From NCBI RefSeq assembly GCF_964355755.1, contig NC_092680.1, positions 20,407,045-20,471,044 on the forward strand: a stretch of 64,000 bases of DNA. Direction: 5' to 3'. Both the position numbers and the translations under genes were made by a program. Below the pieces are notes generated by a model. The model searched no databases and was not told where the DNA came from. It was given only the letters and a program-made list of their open reading frames with translations. Numbering within the stretch: position 1 is the first letter of the stretch; each line of letters starts with the position of its first letter. Shown here in pieces: positions 1 through 13,158 of the stretch. The stretch is from Antedon mediterranea. Its lineage: Eukaryota > Animalia > Echinodermata.

Positions 1-417
1 GAATGAGGAAAAGTTACGAAAAAAATCTGGATTTGGAGGCGGATATCTTCTCACCAAATCCTTATTAGATTGAAATTTTGGAAGAATTATTATGATTATC
101 AATTTTTCATGCTATGAAGATTACGTCGCTACTCAGCCTTTCATATATTTCTCTAAACTCTAACCCCACCCCCTTCCTATCTCCTAATTTGGAAATGTAT
201 TTGACTAATTTAAAAATAAACTATAGCATAATTATCATTAAAATTAATTCCTCATTTGTTGCAGATGCTGTACCAGCAAATTGTTGAGAGAATGGCATAC
301 AATATTATTATATTTACATTTAGTTTGTTTAATGAGGTAAATTACACAAAACTAACATGGTGTAACCACTTTAAAACATTTTATTATTTTCTATCCAGCC
401 GTGAATTTCAAAGTTAA

Positions 418-704
418 AGATGTATTGTCCCTCAAAAACATGAAAAATGAAGATGAATAAAATCAGACTTTAAATAGACCATTTTGGAATTATAACAAAG
501 TTAATCACTTCTGTAGAAAAAAACCCTGAAAAAACAATGTTTTAAGTTATCTAATGATAAAATAAACGGTTAAATTCAACCAAAAACCCATTGACTGGTA
601 GCCAATTTGACTATTTTTTTGGGTTCAATTTTTTGTAAAAGTGAATAACTATTATATGACAGTGAAATATTAAAAAAAATATACTTCAGGGTGACAATAC
701 ATCT
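418..704. mobile_element. Non-autonomous DNA transposon (Kolobok-like MITE), copy 1
   Basis: TIR AGATGTATTGTC..GACAATACATCT flanked by TTAA on both sides (414-417, 705-708). AG..CT termini with TTAA TSD fit Kolobok. Related copies at 8643, 20082 and 58157. Confidence 0.75.
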
Positions 705-1479
705 TTAACAATTCGAAACACGTTCATTATGGTTAGAGATTGTTTCCTTAAGGATGTGATGTTTACATGACATCATGTAGTATAGTAGATTCCTTGTGTC
801 TATTAGTTGTATGTCGTTCCGGTACATTAGGCGTATCCAGAAAGCGGGGCGGGAAAAAAGTATAACACTAAATTTCAAAAATGCAATGCAGGACATTAAT
901 AGCACTTCAGTTTACAATGTTGTGGAAGGATATGAGTATTGTGATTTAGGAAATCTATCAATCACATTTCTGTGAATTAATAGACCATGTACAGATCACC
1001 TAACCGTCCGTGACGAGTAAGTTTTTATAATTTAGTTTTCAGTTTTCTTTCTCGTCATTGTTTGTATTGTTTGTACAATATTTAATACGCGAAAGTGAAT
1101 CAAAATGTTTGAATATGCAATAGTAGGAAAGCAAAGATTCATATCTGTGCCGTATTCGATACTCTGATCATGCGCAGAAGTAATAGGTATACAACCACGG
1201 GAAAAGGATAATTGGAAAACGTCATGATCAGAATACCGCGTTGAAAGTACATTAGTGATAAAGAGCTTACTATCTAGATTTGCACTTTCAATCGATTCGC
1301 AAATTTTGGATTGATACATTTTAATCGATTGTTTGTGATATGATTTAGAGTACTGATAAGTGGAATATTCAGACCTATCTATTTATCAATTAATATATAT
1401 AGGTGGATGATATCGGACCACTGTGAAAAGTGAACAGTTTGAACATCGTATTTGTTATTTTCTTGAAAACTGGTTCGGG

Positions 1480-2409
1480 ATGGATCGAGAAAAAGACGGA
1501 GTTTACGTGGATTATGTCAAATCTTTTTCATTTTCCAAAGACAAAAACTCTTCAGTATTTGATGATCTAAGGGAAAGCCCAGCTGAAATGATTTTATATC
1601 AAATTTTATTCTCTGTTACCGGAATTGCAGGATTATTTTCTAACGGGTTTGTACTTTTCATATTTTTACGCAACAAACGTTTATTGGACAAGAAAAACGC
1701 GTTTATTTTCAATCTTGCGTTTGTTGACGCGTTGTATGGAGTGTTCCTCATCTGTATGTGTTTTAGTGGTTCTGTCGGTTTTTGGGGTCTGACTATTATT
1801 TGTAACATGACAATGTTGTTATTATCGTGTATTGCGTTGGATAGATACATTGCCTTGGTATTGTGGCCTTTAAAATACCATTCAAAAGTTACCTGGAAGC
1901 GGTTACGATACACCTTGATCTTTCTTTGGATTTCATGCATTATTTTTACTGTTTCTGAACTCCTTGTTACTGGCGTATCCGTCATCATTGGTTTTATATC
2001 AGGTGCGTTTATTCTTCTTGCGTCGCAACTAATGATGTTGAGTCTCTACGGAACTGTATATGTCGCGATATCACTACAAGAGAAAAAAATGGTTGATATG
2101 AAATTACGAAGTCGTTGCAAACGTGGAAAACGCAGAGCTGCAATTTTCGCTACCGTAGTTGCAAGTTTTATGTTGTGCTTTTTACCGCAGGTTGTTGCAG
2201 TCTTATTGGTGCCCATAATGGGAGAAGAACTAATATTCGAACATAAATGGTATGCTCAGCTAGTAGTCATTTCAACAATCCCACCTGGAATTCGCGCCAT
2301 ATTAGACCCATTTTTATACTGCAGTCGATTACCTGGTCTAAAAGAAACATCAATAACATTATTGCAACAAATTAGAAGCAGGCAAACAGAATCTAGTTCG
2401 GCTGCATGA
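1480..2409 (+). CDS. Class A GPCR (GPCR-1), divergent orphan, single coding exon
   Basis: Seven hydrophobic segments; GLFSN (TM1), NLAFVD (TM2), ALDRY (TM3), CFLP (TM6), DPFLY (TM7). First in-frame ATG is 1480; the ORF track starts at GTG 1423. Confidence 0.85.
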   Translation: MDREKDGVYVDYVKSFSFSKDKNSSVFDDLRESPAEMILYQILFSVTGIAGLFSNGFVLFIFLRNKRLLDKKNAFIFNLAFVDALYGVFLICMCFSGSVGFWGLTIICNMTMLLLSCIALDRYIALVLWPLKYHSKVTWKRLRYTLIFLWISCIIFTVSELLVTGVSVIIGFISGAFILLASQLMMLSLYGTVYVAISLQEKKMVDMKLRSRCKRGKRRAAIFATVVASFMLCFLPQVVAVLLVPIMGEELIFEHKWYAQLVVISTIPPGIRAILDPFLYCSRLPGLKETSITLLQQIRSRQTESSSAA

Positions 2410-3384
2410 TGCTTGCTGATAATAAACTTAAATTTGGTTTGATCAGATTTTGGTTAGGCCTAAAGGATCATGTTATGTCGGAACAGCAATTATTACCAAG
2501 AAATAAATATATAATAATATAAATATTAGGCCTATAAAGTGTAACTATTGAGTCTTGAATAAGAATAACTATTAAAAAAAATATCAAGATTTACATTGGA
2601 CTCACTTAGGACTCTGTAATCTGTAAACAATGAATTGAAAAATACAGTGTGTAAATAAAATAATTAATATTGCTTTTTCTTGGCGGCATGATTTTAGATT
2701 AACAGTCATAAACTCGCTCTTTAATATTAATGTTCAAATATTGATTGCGCATTGTCTGATTGTGATTATCATAACGTAGCCTGATTGGTAAAGGCATGAC
2801 ATAAAATATTATGAAGTAAGCCCCTAATGTTACTAGGGTAAAGTCGATTAGTTCCTTTAACGTTCGAATTACATTCCGCCGTTACGAACGGTTGATGGTA
2901 GAGCTATCAAAACAGGCTATAACAGCGGTGCCGTACGCCTAGTTGATTGATATAATACAACTTATGGTTTCTTTCAAAAGTGATCAAATCGCTTTATTTG
3001 CAACAAGGAAGGGGAACTATTTGCCGGTCCAGTAATAATTGATAACGACTAGAGATTTATTCTTTTCAAATCACTTTATTGTATCCTATTATAACATAAT
3101 ATTAAATAACATCCGTGTACACTAAATAAGTCTTGTTTTTCCCCAATTACGTCCTTCTGTAAGTACAATGGAAAACACTTCAATGCATGAACAATTCCTG
3201 CTATTGGTCGGCTTCAGATTATGACATCATCACACAATGTTCCTACTAATACCAAAGCATCATGAAAACATAATTTTTTGAAGAAATGTAAACTGCCACT
3301 GAAGGTGCAATGGAGAGAAATTCAACAACCATATTAAGTTCGATACCGTAAGTACTACTCTAAACAAATTCTACGAACTATCGC

Positions 3385-3460
3385 GTCGTGATTGGTCAAA
3401 ATACTTGCGTTACGCTTGCATTGCGCGTGCATTGCGTTGCGTCCTAGTTTTAACAAAGCT
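3385..3460. mobile_element. Degenerate end of the GCAAC-rich Harbinger-like MITE family
   Basis: GTGATTGGTCAA..TTGCGTTGCGTCCTAG..AAGCT-TTA resembles the ends of the elements at 5704-7465. Confidence 0.5.
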
Positions 3461-4908
3461 TTATCGATGGTGTTACGTATGTACATGTTTTTTTAAATCA
3501 AAGATTGTGCGATTTGATGTGATTATTTGCAAAATTTTGTTCCGAGATAGGAATAAAACCCAGAAAAGCAGTGTTTTTTAAAGATAGGCCTAGTCATGTT
3601 TTATTTTAGTGCAATCATATGTAAGGGCCACATTAATAATCGGTACAGATTGTTTTTTTTTAATACTTATTCAATAATATTTTCTAATGAGTGAGATAAA
3701 AATGTCTTCTTTAAACTGCCTTGTAAGGAAAGCATTGCTTTACATATACAGATACGTTTTTGCAGAATGTTGTAGTTATAAGGGCTTCCTAATTATAATA
3801 ATAATAAAACTTATATTTATTTATATATTTCGCAAATTCAATACATATAAAAATAACATGGAGTATCAAATATATAAAATAGCAACATAGTAAGATTAAT
3901 GTGGAATTGAAAAGAAGTCATAATCATATTATTAGATGGCATTGAATTGGAGATTTACAAATATAAAAGGTATTCTAGTATTAAAAATGTATAATGAAGT
4001 GAAATGTATTCGAATACGATGAATAGAACTTCAAAGAGCTGAATACCGAAGTATACCAAAACATGGTATACTAATAGTTTGTCTACCTTGAATGGGTTCC
4101 GATTTGAGTTACTAACCCGGATGAAAGTTCGAAGTGGTATACATTATTGTATTGTTGTGAGGTTTAACTAATGATAAACTTATCATCCTAATGACACGAC
4201 GTCTAAATTAAAAAAGTTTAATCAAAAACATATTCTTGGTTGCTCCAGACACAAATAATCGAATGGCTCTCATGGTTGATGTTCTCGTGCACTTATAAAC
4301 ACAGTTCGATTGTTCTAATGTAAAACATGTTTTTAATAGTAATAGGAGTTTCATGTTAACAGAGTCATCTAAATTGAAATACTTTATAGCAACGAAGACG
4401 TTATCTCAAGTATGACACATAAACACATTAGGTACATTTCACATTATATGTTGTCTACAGCACAATTATTAAATCAACATTAATGTAACTATAATCACGT
4501 GCAATGGAAATTACAAACTTACTCAATTAAAATTCCACATGGAAAATATATATTTTTTTCTTTAAATAATTGAACATATGAACAAATAAATGTGACGTAT
4601 TTTTTTTCTTTTTATCTTTATTGTATTTCGAGTGTTTTTATATACTGTGATGCGACCATATATGGACATGATGATATCATATAACTGCCATATTTGGGCA
4701 TATCACACTTTTTAGTCAAACTAGTTTGATAGTGAAAACAGTTTTTAGTTTAGTTTTGTGTCATGTTTTTGTTTTCGGTTTGCGATTGACGTGAGATATT
4801 AAATTAATATTTGTACCTGTTTCCAGAACATAAACTACGAAAGATACTTATTCTAATGGAATCGACAAAATAACCAAAAGTACAATATTGGTGTAAAACG
4901 TAAATTAG

Positions 4909-5144
4909 AGCCCCGTCTACACTGTCAAAACTTTATTTTTTGTCACTTTATGTGCACATATATATATGGACATGGCGATATCATATCACTACCATATTTG
5001 AGCATATCACTACCATATTTGAGCATATCACTACCATAGTTGAGCATATCACTACCATATTTGAGCATATCACTACCATATTTGAGCATATCACTACCAT
5101 ATTTGAGCATATCCCTACCATAGTTTGATAGTGAAGACAGAGCT
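4909..5144. mobile_element. PIF/Harbinger-like MITE with internal 21-bp tandem array
   Basis: TIR AGCCCCGTCTACACTGTCAAA..TTTGATAGTGAAGACAGAGCT followed by TTA; about 6.5 copies of CATATCACTACCATATTTGAG at 4982-5121. Related copies or fragments at about 4646-4740, 19439-19600, 21260-21312 and 26704-26827. Confidence 0.7.
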
Positions 5145-5703
5145 TTATGGAGCTTGTGGGAATAGGCTTTATGAACATGTATACGACGATGTCTATAACT
5201 GGGATTAGTGCCACCATAGGCAGCAATCATCTGTCCATGTTACTACCAAGTATTTTTCTGCTGCCTTTAAAATTAAAAATATCTTTAACATAGATTTCCC
5301 ACCATTTATACAAATTACGTAATAACTAAAAGTATTTACATATATAATCATTAAGTTGAATATTTAGATAACGACTTGCTTCTCAACCTTTCGTGTAGAT
5401 GATATTTTAGGGACTATCCGACCAAATGTCTTATGATAATATCAACAGTGGTGGTGCTGTTGTCCAAAGGTTAATCTAGGAAAAACAATTAAGGCTGAAA
5501 TTGATCATTTTGGCAGCTACTTCTATCAAATTACCGCAAGTAAACATGAATGTAGGCAAAATCGTTGCTTCGTAACGTAATAGGCCTACGTAGTTATAAT
5601 AGATGGAAATAAATTCGAAATAGTGAACGTTGGTGTATGCTGCTTAGCGCGATTATGAAGTATGCCAGAATTGTACACGTATACGTTATTGCGTTGCGTC
5701 TTA

Positions 5704-7449
5704 AGATTGGTTCCCACTAGGACGTAACGCAAGGACGTAAACGCAACGCAAGCGTGTTGCTTTGTGATTGGTCAACTCACACTAAAGCGTGGTTCCCACT
5801 ACCGACGCAACACAAGGACGTAACGCAACGCAAGTGAATTGACCAATCACAAGCGATAGCTTATTCGCTTGTGATTGCTAACTGTCTATAACTTCGCTCA
5901 TATCGCAAAGATTATAGAGAGAGTGGTTCAGGAACAAATCATTTCTTTTCTTAGTTTGTTTGATTTGATTAACATTGATCAATTTGCCTTTTTGAAAAAC
6001 CATTCTACTGTAACATGCTTGCACAGAGTAGTAGATGATTGGTTAGAAAGTTTTAATGACTCAGAGGTCGTCGGCGCTTGTTTCTTAGATATATCCAAGT
6101 GCTTTGACACGATAGATCACTCAATTTTGTTATTTAAGCTTTACAAATATGGTTTCCATGAAAATGTTGTTTACTGGTTTAGTAATTACTTAAAAAACAG
6201 AAAACAGTTTGTATACTGTAACAATAACAAATCTACACTTAAAGAAATCAATATTGGTGTTCCACAAGGAAGTGTCCTGGGACCCATCTTGTTTCTCATT
6301 TTCATAAATGATATTTCGCAGTCCATAGTAAATGGAACTTGCAGCGTTTTTGCTGATGATGTTGTGGTTTACACCTCAGGTGATACTGCTAGGATAGTAA
6401 ATGATTCATTACAAATAATTATTGATAACATTGGTAAATGGTATGATGACAACCACCTCTCTATAAATACTGAAAAAACAAAGGTTATGTTACTAAGAAA
6501 CAATCATACAGCTGACAGTAATGATTTAAATATACAAATTGGAACCAGTAAATTAGAACAAGTTGATAGTATAAGGTATCTGGGAGTCGTAATCGATGAA
6601 ATGTTAACTTGGAAACAAAATACTCAATGTATTAGTAAAAATATTGGATATAAAATAACAATGCTAGGTAAAATGGCTAGTAGTTTAAGTAAACCGTTAC
6701 TTGAAACTCTATATATAAGTACAATTCAGCCTTGTAGTGATTATGCTATAACAGTCTGGGGAAATACGACAGAGTTAAACAAAAATATTTTAAAGCGACA
6801 TCAAAAAAGAGCTGCTCGAATTGTAACTAACAACTTCGATTATATTAATGTAAGGGGTGACAACCTCATCCAGAACCTATCGTGGCAAACTCTTGAAGAG
6901 AAACGAGATTTCTCCCTAGAATGTCTAATGTATAAACGTGTTTACGGCCTTGCACAAATTAGATTAGTAAATGAAATTGAATTGATTCGCGATATTCACA
7001 CCCACTTAACACGTGGAGTAGAAAATTTGAATGTAACAATACCTAAATACACCCTTAGTAAAATGAATTCGTCCTTTAAAGTTGCAGGCGCAAAAATATG
7101 GAACAATTTACCAATTAATATTAAATCGGCACCAACAATTACGTCCTTTAAGGCTAGATACAAATCTCATTTCTTTTCATAAAAAAAAAAAAAAAAAAAC
7201 TGACATGTATTATATTTAATTAAGTTTCTCTTTTGTATATTTTGATTAAGACAGGACCACAATGTAAAACAGATACACTGTTATCTGATTGTTTTATCCT
7301 GTATAAATATATTATTTATTATTATTATTATTATTGTCATTGGTTAAAACGCTTGCGTTGCGTTTACGTCCTTGCGTTACGTTCTAGTGGGAACCAAGCT
7401 TTACGTTGCGTTACGACCTTGTGTTGCGTCTCTGAGTGTGAACCAAACA
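5704..7449. mobile_element. Harbinger-like MITE (outer) containing a second copy (5786-7400) in opposite orientation
   Basis: Ends AGATTGGTTCCCACTAG / GAGTGTGAACCAAACA with TTA on both sides (5701-5703, 7450-7452). Inner copy AGCGTGGTTCCCACTA..TAGTGGGAACCAAGCT is flanked by TAA/TTA. Confidence 0.7.
5899..7334 (+). mobile_element. 5'-truncated CR1/L2-group LINE with uninterrupted RT-domain ORF (stop at 7182)
   Basis: RT motifs QFAF, FLDISKCFDTIDH, GVPQGSVLGP, FADD, YLGV; 3' (TTA)n tail ending near 7334. The MITE sequence ACTTCGCT|TGTCATTGG is split by it. Confidence 0.9.
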
Positions 7450-7531
7450 TTAGTGGGAACCAAGGTTACTTCAACTGCGCACGTAGTTGTCACAATATTA
7501 ACATTTTTTTTCACATTTATTGTTTTCTAGA

Positions 7532-8536
7532 ATGACTACCTTAACACCGAATGATGACAGTAAAGATACGGAGCATTTTGCCTTAATATCGATACGTTAT
7601 ATAGTTGGTCTTCTGGGTATCTTTGCAAACGTCTTTGTCCTTCTGATGTTCGTATGGGCAAAATTATACAAGAAATCGTTCACCCATTTGCTTCTGCTAC
7701 ATCAGTCAGCGATTGACGTCATTGCAAGCTGTCTATTCCTTGTTTATTACACTAACGATGCTCCTGTCGGCACACCCGGTACAGTATTCTGCAAAACGCG
7801 TTCCATCTTCTGGTTATTTGCGTTCGCGTCAACTTACAACCTGGTAATTGTCACTATTGAACGATATATTGCTGTAGTGCATCCTACAACTTATAGAGAA
7901 CGGATCCACGGAAAAACCAACTGCCGATTCCTGATACTTCCACACATCGTCGGACTGGCAATTGCGGCTCATCTCGCAGTAATTGGTCAGACAAACAATG
8001 AAGGCAAGTGTGTGTTTGAATATTACATATCATCGTTGGCGTCGGGGTTGTTTATTTTTATCATTTCTTGGCTGATACCATCTGCAATTATGGTTTTCTG
8101 CTATACGTATATTCTAAGAGGTCTTTCCCAAAGAGTAAAACGTAGCGGTGGTGCGGAATCGTCACCAGGACGCGGTGGAAATGCTTTATACGCCGCGCAA
8201 CGTAGCCTCACGTATACACTACTATTCGTTGCTATAGCCTTTCTTCTATGTTGGACTCCCAATTATATCTTATATCTTTCTTATACAATTTGTAAGTGTT
8301 TTGAATTTAACTCTTCTATCGCGCACGAGATTACGGTAATCCTAGATGCTGTTAATCTTATGATTAATCCAGTTATTTATGCTTTCAAGTTTAATGACTT
8401 TAAAATCACTGTTAAAAAGTTTTACAAAACATATTCTGGCAAGTGTTGTGATGAAGACGAAGAGAAAAAACGTGCTGAAACCGTGACAGGAACGTCGGCT
8501 TCCATTACCGGTAATACTTCTTTATCCTCTAATTAA
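7532..8536 (+). CDS. Class A GPCR (GPCR-2), CxC family, putative chemoreceptor-like orphan
   Basis: 7TM; GIFAN, LHQSAID, FCK, IERY, CWTP, CKCF, NPVIY. ATG 7532 follows acceptor-like TTTTCTAG. Confidence 0.92.
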   Translation: MTTLTPNDDSKDTEHFALISIRYIVGLLGIFANVFVLLMFVWAKLYKKSFTHLLLLHQSAIDVIASCLFLVYYTNDAPVGTPGTVFCKTRSIFWLFAFASTYNLVIVTIERYIAVVHPTTYRERIHGKTNCRFLILPHIVGLAIAAHLAVIGQTNNEGKCVFEYYISSLASGLFIFIISWLIPSAIMVFCYTYILRGLSQRVKRSGGAESSPGRGGNALYAAQRSLTYTLLFVAIAFLLCWTPNYILYLSYTICKCFEFNSSIAHEITVILDAVNLMINPVIYAFKFNDFKITVKKFYKTYSGKCCDEDEEKKRAETVTGTSASITGNTSLSSN

Positions 8537-8642
8537 AAACATTAATAATGTTATCATTTAAGAAATACTTGATTGATGCATTTCTTATTTATTTATATTT
8601 GGCATTTTATAATGTTTAATGTTTGCATTAACGAAATATTCA

Positions 8643-8801
8643 AGATGTACTGTCCCCCAAAAACATGAAAAATTAAGATAAATAAATCAGAATTTTAATA
8701 GGCCATTTTGTATTCTTTAATTTGCACTTATTTTTAACGTGACATTAAAATGGCATATTAAAAAAATGTGGAAACAAAGCTTGTAGGGGGACAATATATC
8801 T
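8643..8801. mobile_element. Kolobok-like MITE, internally deleted copy 2
   Basis: AGATGTACTGTCCCC..GGGGACAATATATCT then TTAA; internal similarity to 418-704. Confidence 0.7.
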
Positions 8802-11685
8802 TTAACAGCAAGAAAATAAAAGTAACAAATATAGAACAACTATATATATAAATACTATTATTAGGATATTAGTAATACCATTTTTTCTCCCTTGACCTTG
8901 CGCAATATTCAGTTATGATACTTTATATATATATATATATTTAAATAAATTCGTCTTGTTTCATAACCATTTTTAGTTTCAGTTCGAAAATAAATCATCG
9001 AAAATATGTTTGTCTATGTTTGACCTGTTTTACTAGTGTTTGCTCAATAAATTAATATAAGAAGTATGCACAGTCCCTTGTTATTATTATGACTTGAAAA
9101 CCATTCGTAGAAATGTATACGTTTTTTCTCCTTGCAACTTTGAATAATTTTTATTCCTCATATTGCTATGTTGTCAGTGTTGATGACCGATGGATGTTAA
9201 TTTTAAAGTCATTTTAAATTTGCCTTTAGTTACGATTTTATTCAACAAAATCTAAGCTTGACTACTCACACTTCTTATGTAGGTCGCAACCAAAATGCGC
9301 TCTTCCTATGGACCTACGTGTAACCTGTATTTTAACGTATACTACGAAAAAAAACCTACATTTTTATTCTCCCATTTCTAAATAAATGAATGTATATTTT
9401 TCCCTATTATAATCACAAATGCATTAATGAGCATAGACCTATACACATAATTTATATTGCTGTTTATCCTATCAATTTCTCATATTTAGTCAATCGCCCT
9501 CTAACGTTCCAGATAAAATATTGCACAATAAAAAACAGAAACATAAAAGCTAATTGTAGTGAGAAACGACTATGACGTATATTGTTGTTCAAAGATCTGA
9601 TTGAATGTATACTGTCATGGAAATCCAATACAAATGGAGAAATACATAATTATGATATAGCATGTATTAGTACTTTCTGTATAATTCAAATACATATACA
9701 ATACATTTAAATAAAGATTACACTACAATGCATAGCAGCTTTGAAAATATTAAAATAATTTTAATAAGTTGCATATTTAATTTACTGTCATATTTTATTC
9801 AACTTTTTAACATAATAAATTGCACAAACTATCAGCATGAATGAAAAGGTTCTTAATCTCTGCACCATCTCCTGTAGTCCCAAATCAATGTTTTAGGCCT
9901 ATGAATGCTGTGCATTACACATTGAGAAAATAGTAACTATATTGCTAACTAGTATCGCGTTTATACAAACATAATCTCCTATTAGATTTGATATTATCTA
10001 AAAAATAAATGAAAATTTTTTACGGTCAACAAAAATGTTTTCCTCTAGGCATTTTAAGTTTTCCCAAACGAGTGTTAAAATAACAAGGAAATAAACATGA
10101 GATAATATCTGATTTTCTTTTAAAATTCAAGAATGCGGAAGTTAAAAGTATCACAGTACAATTGTGACAGTAGGTAGGTGTGTTTTTATAAAAAGCGTCA
10201 ATTTCCGGGACTTAATGTCCTAAACTGCGTGAGGCCAATTGTGACTCAATTATCACAAAATCCTGTTTAACTAACAAATGAAGGAAACAGTGGTGACAGG
10301 AAAGGAAGAAAATGTCAACAAGATCCGGGAACAAATTAGAAAACCATCTTAAAGTTTCCCCCATAAAATAAAACAGGAAAGAGTGAAAAATTAAGAAAGG
10401 GAAGTAAATAAACGTACAGTATTATAAGTGTGTTCTACAAATAGTCCATCAGTTACACGAGCAGATTCGATGGTTTAATTGCCCAATCCAATACAAACTG
10501 TCAAACGGATGATTGTGGTAATGATCGACACACGTACGTATTGATATTATTAATAACTCTGTAAACGAGGCGAATGTTACTGTAAAATGTGATGGCGCTA
10601 TTGAGTTACTTTATGCAGGGCTCAGACTCTAGGCGCTTAAATTAGATTGATTACGTAATGTAACAGTCCGTGTTCCAATCATCCATTGTTGGTCCCGGTG
10701 GATCAGACCAAAGTGCGAATGAATTTAGCTTGATGTCGTCATTCGTTATACTTACTGTATTGAGATCTCTCTTATCTGGACGGCATAAAACAAATTCATT
10801 TTGTTCAGCTCTAAATTAAGATTTAGTGCCATGCTCTACTACACACATTCCCATACACTGATATTCAAAAGAAATTAAATCTAAAAATACACACACCATA
10901 AGAATAATTAGGCCTAAAACTGGGTATTTAAAATCAGTAAATTTTCCATGTACAATTAATTGGATATTTTTTCCCCTGAGTTTATATTCGATATTGGTAT
11001 TGAAAGAAATACATAAGTTAGGATGACTATAACGATGCATTTAATAAAAAGGCGAATTGCCTTAAAATGTGAATGTGACATGTTTCGAGAAACTATTCTC
11101 ATCATCAGAACAGTAAACAACGCCTATAATTGGATGAACTCTGTCGGTATATTCATGGTATAAGGGCACAGCTGAATCAATTCAAACAACATGGACCAAT
11201 TTCGAGTAATTTGTTCCTTCGTAATGTATTAATTCATACGCGATATTGGTCAACAGGTCACCGGTACTGGTCAACACGTCATAAACACGAGTGCGTGGTA
11301 TATTCCTGTTCCGAATTTGGGAATATGGTCGACGAGTCATCATGATGGTTAGATCTTATCGATGACGATGTCGATCAATCGATTAGGTTTTCTCAAGGCC
11401 TTTAATTTATTGATGTCGTTACAAAGGCACTTGCAGTTAATTATATGAGCATGATTTTGAATTGATGAGGAATATTTAAAGAATTATTTTAATTAACAAG
11501 GAAAGAGTGAAATGTCCTCTCTTTCCACAAAGTTGGCTTAAAAATGAGTTTATCGTAGCTTTGACGATTTACCAATATCAGGAAGTATTGACCTAATTAC
11601 CTAAATTACACGTTTGGTGTTTGGTAAATTATATATAACAGTACTGCCACTATACTATGAGAGATGGCTAATATCCGTTAGTCTC

Positions 11686-11985
11686 AAAGCACTACAAAAT
11701 AATAGACCACATCCCTTGACAATGCACTTGGAAAGGCCACATCCCTCGACGTAAGCACTACGAAATATAACCACACCCTTGGACGAAGCACTGCGAAATA
11801 TAAGACCACACCCTTCGACGAAGCACTGCCAAATGTAAGACCACACCCATTGTCAAAGCACTTGAAAAGACCACATCCCTCGATGTAAGCACTACGAAAT
11901 ATATGACCACACCCCTCGACGAAGCACTACGAAATATAAGACCACACCCTTCGACGAAGCACTACGAAATACAACCAAACCCCTC
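11686..11985. repeat. Minisatellite, 30-36 bp unit, about 8 copies
   Basis: Unit approximately CCACACCCCTCGACGAAGCACTACGAAATATAAGA, contiguous, with no unique spacers. Confidence 0.85.
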
Positions 11986-13158
11986 GCCGTCGATGTATAC
12001 AGTCTAAACTAAAGCGTATTGGTGATAGTCGAAAGTTACTCAGTAGACTTATGGGTTTAATAAAAGGTGAACGAACTCCTAGGAAAGTAAAGTAGGTCTT
12101 ATCCAATTGATCTGCAATTGATAATTTATGTATTACCTAATCTAAAAATAAAGCCAGGAATGCTCTATCAAAATAGTGAAACAGTTTGTTGTTTGAAAAA
12201 AGTTCTTACGGGACTCACTATAATCTACTTACAACGAGAATTATTTTGATTTAAATTAGAAGATACAAGATAATTTATTGCCACAATAAAAATACACAAA
12301 AACCTTTTAACTTTTTTTAAACAATAGAAGTAAACATCTATATAGTAAGTTTGAATTTACGCTTATATAAGGTCTGTTGATTAGCAACACATTTGGAATT
12401 CGTTACCACTTTTTTTTATAGAGACGGAGAAATATCCTTTATCTTAAACAAACAAATAATATACGACAAAAATCCAACTAGATCTAATTGGTATAATCGT
12501 AATGAACACAAATGTTTATTTTTGTTTTACGAAAATCAAAGATCAATTTATCTTATTATTTTGCCATGTAATGTTTACTTTTAATTACGGAGACGATTTT
12601 GCTTCAATCAATTTGAAACAGAAATTGTTATGTAAAGAACAATCGAAAGTCGAGTTATCAGTTTACAATATTGATTTTGAATGTTATAACTTGTACGATC
12701 CTATCAACTAAACATTTCCTCAATTTTGTACCGTTCTGACAATCAAAATCAAAACAAGAAATAGTAATAATCATAATATTTATTTGACCATCTTTAACAG
12801 AATAGAAAGTAGGCAACAATCGAAGGAACAGATTTTGCACTAGATCTACAGTATACAGTACCTTACCAAATACCTTACTAAAAAAGGTAATATTTTGCCT
12901 TATAAAACAAAAATATAAACAAGAAGTTTAGAAAATACAAAATATGAAACATAAAAATTAATTTACGAATATAATCAGAGAAGACTTCCCTGATATAACG
13001 AATGAAATCTTGGAACATATTTTGGAAAATGGATTTGATGGTTTTGTATCAACCATCTAAGATGAAATACATAATTGGAATTAGTGTTTTCTTCTCATTT
13101 TGAATAGTTTATCATCAATCATTTAATTGGTAATAAAAAGGTTCTTCTTAAAATAGTA

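Noticed and set aside
4940-5230. Heptad-repeat ORFs (HITTIFE, DMLKYGS)
   Set aside because: They are translations of the 21-bp array inside a MITE.
5875-5898. Start of the RT ORF as a MITE-LINE fusion gene
   Set aside because: The start is TTG within MITE sequence, a chance in-frame extension of a 5'-truncated LINE with no support for expression.
11686-11985. CRISPR-like array of about 35-bp repeats (also considered for 22728-23012)
   Set aside because: Units are contiguous with no unique spacers, there are no cas genes, and the context is eukaryotic.
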